DNA of 64,000 nt from Bdellovibrionales bacterium. Lineage in GTDB: Bacteria > Bdellovibrionota > Bdellovibrionia > Bdellovibrionales > UBA1609. The DNA is taken from NCBI GenBank assembly GCA_027317865.1, contig DAHVQG010000007.1, forward strand, positions 102,282-166,281. Reading direction: 5' to 3'. The translations under genes and the position numbers were made by a program. The notes beneath the pieces are model-generated. The model searched no databases. It saw only the letters and a list, made by a program, of their open reading frames with translations, and was not told where the DNA came from. Shown one piece after another: positions 19,859 through 28,588 of this stretch. Within the stretch, counting starts at the first letter, position 1. Each line of letters starts with the position of its first letter.

Positions 19859-21382
19859 ATGCGCCTGGCAACTGTGGAGCAATGTCGGACTCTCGATAAT
19901 TTATCTGTTCGCACCTACGGACTTGCTCAAGATACTTTAATGGAAGCTGCCGGCATCGTGGCGGCCCGTGAGTTACAACAAAATTTTTATCCGGAATTGA
20001 GCCGCGGGATGACCGTCATTGTTTGTGGTCCCGGAAATAACGGGGCCGATGGTCTCGTGGTTGCACGACATTTACATTCCACGGGGTTTCGCGATTTATT
20101 GGTGGTAACCGTTGCGCCAAAAGATAAACGCTCGACTTTGTTTCGTTTACAATACGAACGCGCGCGTAAGCACGGCATTCACTTCGATTCGTCGCTTGAA
20201 GCACTTTCGAATGCCGAGTTAATCGTCGACGGACTATTTGGAATCGGATTAAATAAAAAACCAGCCGGAGCCTTTCAAAAAGCCATTGAGAAAATCAACG
20301 CGTGCAAAGTGCCGGTTGTGAGCCTGGATACTCCGTCGGGACTTCAATGTGACAGCGGTATAACTGCTGGAGTGGCCATTCAAGCGCACACAACGTTAAC
20401 GTTTGGACTCGCCAAGCCCGGATTTTTTATCGCCGACGGCCCTGCGTGTGTCGGCAAATTGCGGGTTTTACCGATCGGCTATGCCTATGAGTGTGTGCGA
20501 AAGACCGCGACGACGCATTTTTTGTTCAACGAAAAACTCGCGCGCAGATATTTGCCGGAACGTAAAGACCGAACGAACAAAGGGGATTATGGCCGGCTCG
20601 TCGTGATGGCCGGCAGTCGATCCACGTGGGGCGCCGGAATATTGACCGCACAATCGGCCTATCGCATGGGTGCTGGTTACGTTATTTGGGCCGGTCATGA
20701 TTTACCGATTCAAGAACTGGAACAAACACCAGAAGTTTTAACTGCGAACCTCGATGATGAGCGTATTTGGGCTGAAAATGTGACGGCTTATGCGGTTGGG
20801 CCGGGACTTGGCGTAACCGATGAAACACTCAAAATTATTTATAAGCTTCGCAAGGCAAAGGCGAGGCACGTTGTGCTTGATGCCGATGCGATCACGGTTT
20901 GCGCGCGAGCCGCAGAAAACGAACGGCGTTCTTCGAATGAGCGAATTTTTCCGTTGCCTGAATCGTGGGTGATCACACCCCATCCGGGAGAATTGGCTAG
21001 AATTTTGAAGATTTCTTCGAACGAAATTGAAAACGACCGGTATGCGGCCGCCGCAAAGGCCGCGAGAGTTACGGGATGCCATGTGCTCCTAAAGGGCTAC
21101 CGTTCGATTTTGGCCTATAAGGATCGCTGTTTAGTCATTGGAGCTGGTAACGCAGCCTTGGCGAAAGCAGGTTCAGGCGATGTGCTGACCGGCATGATCG
21201 GTGGACTATTAGCGCAGGGGCTTGAAACCGTTCAAGCAACGGCTACTGCAGCTTATATTCATGGTCGGCTGGCTGATGAATGGGTGCGGGCCGGCCGTGA
21301 CAAACGCACGCTCAATGCAAGCGATCTGAAAGACTCATTAGGCCAGCTCGTTGCGCAAGTGGCTCGCTCCTCGATTTTTTGA
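19859..21382 (+). CDS. nnr: Bifunctional NAD(P)H-hydrate epimerase/dehydratase
   Basis: LMEAAG, GPGNNGADG, DGLFGIG, LDTPSG (YjeF-N); KGDYG, GPGLG, LDADA, TPHPGE, AGSGDVLTG (YjeF-C). Confidence 0.95.
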   Translation: MRLATVEQCRTLDNLSVRTYGLAQDTLMEAAGIVAARELQQNFYPELSRGMTVIVCGPGNNGADGLVVARHLHSTGFRDLLVVTVAPKDKRSTLFRLQYERARKHGIHFDSSLEALSNAELIVDGLFGIGLNKKPAGAFQKAIEKINACKVPVVSLDTPSGLQCDSGITAGVAIQAHTTLTFGLAKPGFFIADGPACVGKLRVLPIGYAYECVRKTATTHFLFNEKLARRYLPERKDRTNKGDYGRLVVMAGSRSTWGAGILTAQSAYRMGAGYVIWAGHDLPIQELEQTPEVLTANLDDERIWAENVTAYAVGPGLGVTDETLKIIYKLRKAKARHVVLDADAITVCARAAENERRSSNERIFPLPESWVITPHPGELARILKISSNEIENDRYAAAAKAARVTGCHVLLKGYRSILAYKDRCLVIGAGNAALAKAGSGDVLTGMIGGLLAQGLETVQATATAAYIHGRLADEWVRAGRDKRTLNASDLKDSLGQLVAQVARSSIF

Positions 21383-21477
21383 TGAATTTTTTCAAATCGT
21401 CGTAATCGAGTTGATTTCTCCATCTCGCCGGTGATACGCCTCGTCATCGGGGATGATTCATAAGAAATCTAATCCAT

Positions 21478-22260
21478 ATGGTTAAACAAAAGCTCATTGT
21501 GTTGTCGGTATTATTCGCACCGCTTGTGGCCCACGCCGGAGCTTTTCAATCTTTTTATCAAACACAACGAGTGCAAAGGTTGGCTGAATTGCGGGCAAGG
21601 CCGGCGTATGCCCGGGCTCGGGCTCTCTGCTCGGAGATCCCCGGTGGGCCAGAAAACTGGGTATACATTAAGGCTTCAATGGAACAGGTCAGCGCTTTAA
21701 TGGGTCTACATGCAGAGGCGCAGTGGCAAAAACTCATGCACAGGCGTTACTACGTGTCGCCGTTACTCGCTTCGGATTTGCAAAGTGATGCGTTTCGTTT
21801 GGGCCTAGAAGATTGCGGTCTTGGAGTCCACGGGCAAGACCGGGTTGTCATCAGTGTTATTGCCGACGACTTGCTCGGCAAGATGTTATTCATGGTTCCG
21901 TTTGCGAAGATGTCCGAGTACGGCGGAATCGGTTTGAAAATGTTTGCGGATTGGTTGGTACGAATGGGAACACCGGCAAAAATCTTGACGCTCTTTTTTG
22001 CACCGGCAATAACGGGCATGGCGTATCAACATTTTTTCGGCGATCACGCAGTTACCAAAAACGGTGTGACGGCCAATAACCTCAATCGAGCCTTGCAAAT
22101 GGGTCGGCTGAGCCGAGATAAGTATCAAGCTCTAAACGAGTTGCTCATTTATTGCGAAGACGAACGAGCGCGGACAACCGATCGAAAAAAGATCGCTCAA
22201 TTCAATCAATGCATTGCGTGGATTCAGCGCAATCTCAATTCACCAAAAGGAGTAAACTGA
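21478..22260 (+). CDS. Hypothetical secreted protein
   Basis: 260-aa ORF, signal peptide ending AHA-G, internal hydrophobic stretch; no recognised motif. Confidence 0.7.
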   Translation: MVKQKLIVLSVLFAPLVAHAGAFQSFYQTQRVQRLAELRARPAYARARALCSEIPGGPENWVYIKASMEQVSALMGLHAEAQWQKLMHRRYYVSPLLASDLQSDAFRLGLEDCGLGVHGQDRVVISVIADDLLGKMLFMVPFAKMSEYGGIGLKMFADWLVRMGTPAKILTLFFAPAITGMAYQHFFGDHAVTKNGVTANNLNRALQMGRLSRDKYQALNELLIYCEDERARTTDRKKIAQFNQCIAWIQRNLNSPKGVN

Positions 22261-22263
22261 TAA

Positions 22264-22830
22264 ATGAAAAATTTTATTGTGTGCATTTTGGCGCTAATTT
22301 TGGGAGGTATTTCATTTTCTCAAGGAGCAATGGCAGACAGTTTGGCGACGGTGCCTTTTCGCGCTCCTGTACAAGTGTTGTGTTCGCCGACACAGCCGCC
22401 TAAGAATCAGGTCGAGTGTCTCATGACCAAGTGGCAGGCGCAGATTTCGGCGGATCAGGAAGTCATCAGCGAGATCAATTCACAAATTACGGCTGGGCAG
22501 TCTAATCTTCAGAATGAACGGAATTTGTCGAAAAAACTGCTGCCGGCAGGTATTGGTGCAACAATAATCGGCGCCGGTCTTATCGTGCTTGCAGTGCGAA
22601 ATGCGCCGGAGACTCTCGTTGCCCGGATTTTTGAGGGCCTAGGTGGCTCTCTAGCCCTGGCGACTGGTGGCGCCGCTTTAGCAGGTGATGCTGGCGAACA
22701 CTTTTTTGTGATTCCGAAAACGAAGAAGAACATCGCGATTCTTCAGCGAGAGGTGAGCCTAAGGCGGCAAGAACTGTTGGTTCTTCAAGCACAATTGAAT
22801 TACGCGAAGTCCATGCTGAAGAGGTTTTGA
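22264..22830 (+). CDS. Hypothetical exported protein with coiled coils and a Gly-rich hydrophobic hairpin
   Basis: Signal peptide ending AMA-D, SD AAGGAG, heptad-like helices flanking two Gly/Ala-rich hydrophobic segments. Confidence 0.72.
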   Translation: MKNFIVCILALILGGISFSQGAMADSLATVPFRAPVQVLCSPTQPPKNQVECLMTKWQAQISADQEVISEINSQITAGQSNLQNERNLSKKLLPAGIGATIIGAGLIVLAVRNAPETLVARIFEGLGGSLALATGGAALAGDAGEHFFVIPKTKKNIAILQREVSLRRQELLVLQAQLNYAKSMLKRF

Positions 22831-22915
22831 GGGCCAATTAAGGCTTGTGGCTGGGCTTATACACGAGTAGGATTTTTTGAAATTTCAAAAGGCGACACTG
22901 TAAAAGGAGCCACAT

Positions 22916-23881
22916 ATGGGACCCATTAGCGAATTCATTGAGCGACACTATCGTCACTTTAATTCTGCTACTCTAAAAGACGCAGCAGAAGCCTACCGGC
23001 GCCATGTTGAATCGGGTGGCAAAATGATGGTCACCATGGGCGGCGCCATGAGCACGGCCGAACTCGGACAATCGTTAGCCGAGATGATCCGCCAAGACAA
23101 AGTTCACGCCATTACGTGTACGGGAGCCAATCTCGAAGAAGACGTATTTAATTTAGTCGCGCATGAATACTACGTAAGAGTGCCAAATTATCGCGACCTT
23201 ACGCCTGCGGATGAAAAGAAACTCCTCGATCGACATCTCAATCGCGTGACCGATACCTGCATCCCCGAAGAAGAAGCCATTCGCCGAATTGAAAAAGTCG
23301 TACTTGCCAAGTGGCAAAAGGCGACAAATGAGAACAAAGAATATTTTCCGCACCAGTATCTTTATCAGATTTTGAACGAAGGACTGTTGAAAGAGCACTA
23401 TCAAATTGATTCTAAAAATTCGTGGCTTTTGGCAGCCGCTGAAAAAAATCTCCCAATATTTGTGCCGGGCTGGGAAGACTCAACTCTCGGTAACATCTTT
23501 GCCGGTCACGTAATCAGAGGTGAGGTCAACCGTCACGCGGTGAAAACCGGGATTGATTACATGGTCGCGCTGGCCGATTGGTACCAAAATACAAAAACGC
23601 CAAAAGGCATTGGGTTTTTTCAAATTGCCGGCGGAATATCCGGAGACTTTCCGATCTGCGTTGTCCCTATGCTTGAGCAAGATTTGGGCAAGAAAACTCC
23701 GAAGTGGGCTTATTTTTGTCAAATAAGCGATTCGACAACAAGTTACGGCTCTTATTCGGGGGCGGTTCCAAACGAAAAAATCACTTGGGGTAAGCTCGAC
23801 ATCACAACGCCAAAATTCATTGTTGAGTCGGATGCGACCATCGTTGCGCCACTTATGTTCGCCTATATCTTGGGATGGTAA
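22916..23881 (+). CDS. Deoxyhypusine synthase-like protein (probable homospermidine synthase)
   Basis: HFNSA, GAMSTAELG, TGANLEED, NRVTDTCIPEEEA, PGWEDSTLGN, SYSGAVPNEKITWGK, ESDATIVAPL. Confidence 0.92.
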   Translation: MGPISEFIERHYRHFNSATLKDAAEAYRRHVESGGKMMVTMGGAMSTAELGQSLAEMIRQDKVHAITCTGANLEEDVFNLVAHEYYVRVPNYRDLTPADEKKLLDRHLNRVTDTCIPEEEAIRRIEKVVLAKWQKATNENKEYFPHQYLYQILNEGLLKEHYQIDSKNSWLLAAAEKNLPIFVPGWEDSTLGNIFAGHVIRGEVNRHAVKTGIDYMVALADWYQNTKTPKGIGFFQIAGGISGDFPICVVPMLEQDLGKKTPKWAYFCQISDSTTSYGSYSGAVPNEKITWGKLDITTPKFIVESDATIVAPLMFAYILGW

Positions 23882-23927
23882 TGCAAATCAGTTTCGTAAG
23901 ACGTCTCGTACATGTTATTGGTGCTGA

Positions 23928-24653
23928 GTGGTTTTAGAAGCAATTATTATCACCTCAGTCATGTTCGTGCTTGCCGCGGTGCCGATTTGTTGGCCGCGAG
24001 CACGCCAGTACAACAGTTCGCTCTTACTTTTTGGTACGGGTTCACTTGTCGGGATTTGCGCATTTGATTTGCTCCCCGATTTTTACAAAATGGGCGGGCT
24101 TAAAGGACTGCCATTAATGGTCGCCGCAGCGTTGGTTTTTTCGATTGCGCATTTGTTTCAAGGGCATGACCATGCGCATTCGCACGAGCATGATTTTGCG
24201 GATGAGCATACCCATTCGCATGCTTTACGATCACCATATATTTTTCTCGTTGCGATCACGGTGCACTGTTTTACGAGTGGGCTTTTGCTCGGAGTATCGG
24301 ATCAATTTTCAAAACATTTAGCGGATTCAGTATTTGCCGCGCTGTTCATCCATAAAATCTACGAATCTTTCGCGGTTTCAGTGTTATTGGTGAGCTATAA
24401 ACGTCGCACATTGTGGACGGTTTCGATGTTGTCGCTGTATTTGCTTTCATTTCCGGCAGGAGCAGCTGTGGCCAAATACTATGGTCAAGTTAATCATGAG
24501 CTGCTGTTGATTATTACGGGCATTGCAATCGGCAGCCTGATCGGCTGCCTCATTTTTGATTTTATTGTACCGAGTTTTCAGCAGATTCGCCAAAACCGGC
24601 GTCAGCTTATTTGGCTAATCGCCGGTCTACTCGTAACGGCCGTACTTATTTAG
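23928..24653 (+). CDS. ZIP family metal transporter
   Basis: FDLLP, His-rich loop GHDHAHSHEH...HTHSH, VHCFTSG and IHKIYES metal-site helices. Confidence 0.85.
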   Translation: MVLEAIIITSVMFVLAAVPICWPRARQYNSSLLLFGTGSLVGICAFDLLPDFYKMGGLKGLPLMVAAALVFSIAHLFQGHDHAHSHEHDFADEHTHSHALRSPYIFLVAITVHCFTSGLLLGVSDQFSKHLADSVFAALFIHKIYESFAVSVLLVSYKRRTLWTVSMLSLYLLSFPAGAAVAKYYGQVNHELLLIITGIAIGSLIGCLIFDFIVPSFQQIRQNRRQLIWLIAGLLVTAVLI

Positions 24654-25471
24654 TTTGTGGCGCTGCTTTTAGACTTAGCGCCAGAATTTTTGGCCAATTC
24701 GCGGTCAATGATTTTTTTGAAAGTATCAAAGGGATAAGCGCCGCGAACCGAAACGCCGTTAATGATAAAGCCAGGTGTTCCGGTGAATCCGAACTTTTGT
24801 GCCTCTGCTGTATCCGCCGCAATGCGATCTTTAACGACTGTAGAATTTAGATCTTTTTTCAACAAAGCCATGTTCGCGCCTGCAATTCGGGCGGCGTGAT
24901 CGAGAAATTTGGGGCCTTCTTGAAGAAAAGTATCACGATGCGAGAACACATAATTATAGTACTTGTAGGCGGCAGCCTTATTTTGAAGCGAAATTGCCAC
25001 GTAGTGTTTAGCAGCTGCCATTGCATAAGGGTGAAGGTTCACGAGCGGAAAGTTTTTGTAGAGGAAACGAATTTTACCCGGATACGCTTTTAAAACCTTT
25101 TTCATTGTAAAATACGCGCGATCGCAAAACGGGCACTGAAAGTCGCTGTATTCAACGATTGTTATGGGAGCATTTTTGGGTCCCCAATAAGCGTAATCTT
25201 TCGGCAATGTGGGTTTAAGAGGATGTTTAAATTCATCTTCTTGTTGTTTTTTAGCTTGTTGTTCAGCCTGCTGTTCAGCTTTTTGTTGACTGTTAAACGC
25301 GGCTTGTTGAATTGCGTTTATGAATTTTGTCGGGTGCTTTTTGATTAAATTCGTAATGATGTCCGGATTCTTTTCGAGGACATCTTGAATTTGCGACTTT
25401 GTTGGGGCGCAAGCCGCCAGTAGGCCCGCGCTGAGCATACAAACGCCAAACATTAATTTTGTGTGTTTCAT
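24650..25471 (-). CDS. DsbA-family thioredoxin-fold lipoprotein
   Basis: Lipobox LLAAC, EYSDFQCPFC (CxxC), GFTGTPGFIING, GAYP. Confidence 0.92.
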   Translation of the reverse strand: MKHTKLMFGVCMLSAGLLAACAPTKSQIQDVLEKNPDIITNLIKKHPTKFINAIQQAAFNSQQKAEQQAEQQAKKQQEDEFKHPLKPTLPKDYAYWGPKNAPITIVEYSDFQCPFCDRAYFTMKKVLKAYPGKIRFLYKNFPLVNLHPYAMAAAKHYVAISLQNKAAAYKYYNYVFSHRDTFLQEGPKFLDHAARIAGANMALLKKDLNSTVVKDRIAADTAEAQKFGFTGTPGFIINGVSVRGAYPFDTFKKIIDRELAKNSGAKSKSSATN

Positions 25472-25538
25472 GAGTTGTTCCTTTCAATCGCCGGCAGGCG
25501 GAGAGTATTATGATGAATCAAGTGAAAGGGGATGTCGA

Positions 25539-26387
25539 CTGAAATCTTTGGCAGGATTTTCGATCGTTAATGTTGGCGTGAACTTGCCTGGGCCACTTGC
25601 GTCGTATCAGTTGGAGCAACTGGGTGCGTCCGTGATTAAAGTCGAGCCTCCGCAGGGAGATCCGCTCCAATTCGCTTGCCCTGAATTTTATAAATTTATA
25701 TCGCAGCATCAAGAAATCGTCTCGCTCGATTTAAAAAGTAAAAAGGACCGGCAAACCTTAGAAGGTTACCTCGAAAAAAGTGACCTGTTGATCACTTCAT
25801 CGCGCCCTGAGGCGCTAGCGAAGTTGTCGCTTGACTGGGATTATCTCCGGGCGCGGCACCCAAGACTCTGCGTCATTCACATTTTTGGTTTTGCGTCGCC
25901 TAACCAAAATAAGGCGGGTCACGACTTGACGTACCAAGCTATGGCGGGATTGCTCACGCCGCCAAATATGCCGAGTCTATGCATAGCTGATTTTGCCGGA
26001 GCGCACGCGGCGAGCCTTCGCGCCGCTTCATTGCTGCTGGCTCGCGAACGAACCGGCGTGGCGGAATATGCCGAAGTTTCGTTGTATGAATCGGCGCAAT
26101 GGTACGGTTGGGCAGCTAAATTTGAATTAACTTCGCCGCCTGGACCTTTGTCTGGCGCGCTACCTGAGTATCGCATTTATCAGGCCAAATCTGGTTGGGT
26201 TGCGGTTGCGGCATTAGAAGATCATTTTAAAACACAACTTCAAGCATTGTTGGAGATTGATGAGATCAGTGAAAATGAACTTAAACGAACTTTTCGAAAA
26301 CATACGGCGAGCGAATGGCAAACAATTGCGGACGAAAATAATCTGCCAATAGCTGAAGTGATTTTACCCGCGGCCGAGAATGACTGA
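25539..26387 (+). CDS. CoA-transferase family III (CaiB/BaiF), short form
   Basis: NLPGP..LGASVIKVEPP.GDP, LDLK, AGHDLTYQA, ADFAG; start uncertain (in-frame CTG 25539 after AAGGGG, or TTG 25548). Confidence 0.85.
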   Translation: MKSLAGFSIVNVGVNLPGPLASYQLEQLGASVIKVEPPQGDPLQFACPEFYKFISQHQEIVSLDLKSKKDRQTLEGYLEKSDLLITSSRPEALAKLSLDWDYLRARHPRLCVIHIFGFASPNQNKAGHDLTYQAMAGLLTPPNMPSLCIADFAGAHAASLRAASLLLARERTGVAEYAEVSLYESAQWYGWAAKFELTSPPGPLSGALPEYRIYQAKSGWVAVAALEDHFKTQLQALLEIDEISENELKRTFRKHTASEWQTIADENNLPIAEVILPAAEND

Positions 26388-26717
26388 AAGTGATAGAGTA
26401 ACCATAACAATTGCGGCGACTATAACAAAGCGCCAGTCGCGCTCGCGTATCCAGAGAAAAAGGAGTGCAATGACGCGAAATGCGGGGGTTGCGGCAAGCA
26501 CTAAAATTCCAGTGCCCATAAGGCGTTCACCAAGTGACAAGCCGCCTCGAAAGAGATCGTCCATGCTCACCGCGATCGGGCGAACATGACCGGAGGCTAA
26601 ACTGACGATCACTCCGGCGAGCATAAGAAGTGTGGAAAGGGCTAGGCCGCCGCGCAAAAGATTTGTCACTAAATCGCGTTCGGTCGCGAGTTCCTGTTTC
26701 ACCGATTCAGACGCCAT
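26364..26717 (-). CDS. DUF1634 family membrane protein
   Basis: LLRGG..S, GILVLAATP..RV, ERDW motifs; sits downstream of a TauE gene as is usual for this family. Confidence 0.85.
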   Translation of the reverse strand: MASESVKQELATERDLVTNLLRGGLALSTLLMLAGVIVSLASGHVRPIAVSMDDLFRGGLSLGERLMGTGILVLAATPAFRVIALLFLWIRERDWRFVIVAAIVMVTLSLSVILGRG

Positions 26718-26722
26718 TGTAC

Positions 26723-27622
26723 CTATACTCCATTTGATTTAAAAAACATTTGGATCGAGACCGCAACAAGTACAACCGCCAAAATTATTTTGAGCAATTT
26801 ATTTGAAGTATGTCCCGCCAGTTTTGTGCCGAGCAAGGCGCCGATTACAATGCCGATGGCACTGGGGGCTGCGATCCACGGGTGAACGAAGCCGCGGGCA
26901 AAATAAACAAAAAGACTTGAAATGGCGGTGACGCCGATCATGAAATTGGATGTGGCGGCCGCAACTTTAAGTGGGACTTTCATGCCGAGGTTCATAGCTG
27001 GGACTTTAATAAATCCGCCGCCGACCCCCAAAAGACCCGAAAGCACGCCCGCGATGTACGAAATGCTGGCGCCAAAATAAACGCGTACGGCTTCATAATA
27101 AATCATCTTTTTTTCGAAGACGTCGTAGAATGAGCCGGCTAATCGGCCTGGTTCTTCGTGTCCAATAAGTTGAGAGTGATTTGCTCCGCTGCTTTCTGGC
27201 TCCGGCGAAGCTAGATCAGCTTTCTTTTCGTCGGGTGAAGATTTTCCGTGATCTTTTGAGCGCAACATCAAAATAGCCGTAATGATCATCATGACCGCAA
27301 ACAATTTAGCCAGAACATTCGACGGTACCAGTGCTGCGAGTAGGCCTCCCGTGAGACCGCCTAACGTCGTGGCAATTTCAAGCGTCATGCCGAGGCGCAT
27401 ATTCGATAAGCCTTTACCTACATAAACGCTGCCCGCAGCGGTTGACGTTGCAACAACGGCAACAAGTGACGCCGCAACTGCGATTTTAATATTGATTCCA
27501 AAAATAAGAACCAGAGCAGGAATTAACACAACTCCGCCGCCAATACCGACAAGTGCGCCGAGAAGGCCGGCGAAAATTCCTAATATACCGAGACCAAAAA
27601 TCGTTTCAGATGATACAACCAT
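26723..27622 (-). CDS. Sulfite exporter TauE/SafE family protein
   Basis: GALVGIGGG, SLVAVVATS, SGLLGVGGGFIKVPAM, ATSNFMIGVTA. Confidence 0.9.
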   Translation of the reverse strand: MVVSSETIFGLGILGIFAGLLGALVGIGGGVVLIPALVLIFGINIKIAVAASLVAVVATSTAAGSVYVGKGLSNMRLGMTLEIATTLGGLTGGLLAALVPSNVLAKLFAVMMIITAILMLRSKDHGKSSPDEKKADLASPEPESSGANHSQLIGHEEPGRLAGSFYDVFEKKMIYYEAVRVYFGASISYIAGVLSGLLGVGGGFIKVPAMNLGMKVPLKVAAATSNFMIGVTAISSLFVYFARGFVHPWIAAPSAIGIVIGALLGTKLAGHTSNKLLKIILAVVLVAVSIQMFFKSNGV

Positions 27623-27784
27623 GGGGGCCTACTTCTGACAAATTACTAGCCGTTTGGCAAGAGCTTTTGCGATTAGATTTCACGCTTTGGTTGCGAGTGA
27701 GTCAAACAATGACTACCATGAGGAGTGCAGACAAAGCACGCATGGCAACAAACACAACCGAGAGCGAAATCAGGGGGCCCCGTT

Positions 27785-28588
27785 ATGAGCAAAAAAGTCG
27801 TACGTTTAGCAGTTATTGGTTTTTGTTGTACTGTATTATTTCCGTTTGCGGCCTACGCGGGTTCGCCTTTATTTCAAAATCTGTCAACAAGCGATTATCA
27901 AAGTGCGCTTAAAGACATTTCTTCGGCCTGGTCGTATACAAGTGTGTCGCCGGCTTCAACACTCGGCCATATCTTCGGTTTTGAAATTGGCGTGGTTGCG
28001 GGTGGCGCGGATACTCCCAAAATCAATAGTTTGTCGCAATCGGCGGGTGCGGGGTCTGTCCCTGAATTACCGTCAGGTGAAATTTTTGGCGCGATCACCG
28101 TACCGTTTGGTTTAACAGTAGAAGCCGAGGGTTTACCTAAAATGACGGTTGCTGGCGTAAGCGCGAATTCAGAAGCTTTGGCGCTTAAATGGACATTCTC
28201 CGAACTTTTACCAATGCTGCCGCTCGACCTCGATGCAAAAGCTTTCTACTCCAATTCAGGATTTAATTTCGACGGCACAGTTTCGGGGGTTTATACAACT
28301 TTTGATTTAACGGACGAAATGACCGGTGCCGAGATTGAAGCCAGCAAAAAGTTCTTATTTGTTGAACCTTACGTCAAGTTAGGAATGCTTCAAGCGCGCG
28401 GCAAAATGGATGTTACAGGATCTACTCAAGTATTTTCAACGGGAGTCATGAGCGACACAGAAACCGTTTCGGGTACAGAGTTTATGGCCGGTGCCGACCT
28501 CGATTTCGCCGTTTTACGTATAGGGGCTGAAATTGGCAGTGTTTTCGGCGACACTCGCGCCGCTGCCAAACTTTCGTTGTATTTCTAG
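27785..28588 (+). CDS. Putative outer-membrane beta-barrel protein (DUF6588-like)
   Basis: Signal peptide ending AYA-G, PASTLG.IFGFEIG motif, amphipathic strands, C-terminal LSLYF; start moved to ATG 27785. Confidence 0.72.
   Translation: MSKKVVRLAVIGFCCTVLFPFAAYAGSPLFQNLSTSDYQSALKDISSAWSYTSVSPASTLGHIFGFEIGVVAGGADTPKINSLSQSAGAGSVPELPSGEIFGAITVPFGLTVEAEGLPKMTVAGVSANSEALALKWTFSELLPMLPLDLDAKAFYSNSGFNFDGTVSGVYTTFDLTDEMTGAEIEASKKFLFVEPYVKLGMLQARGKMDVTGSTQVFSTGVMSDTETVSGTEFMAGADLDFAVLRIGAEIGSVFGDTRAAAKLSLYF

Noticed and set aside
27655..27670. TGGCAAGAGCTTTTGC sigma54-like element upstream of the OMP gene
   Set aside because: GG to GC spacing is 11 nt rather than the strictly required 10
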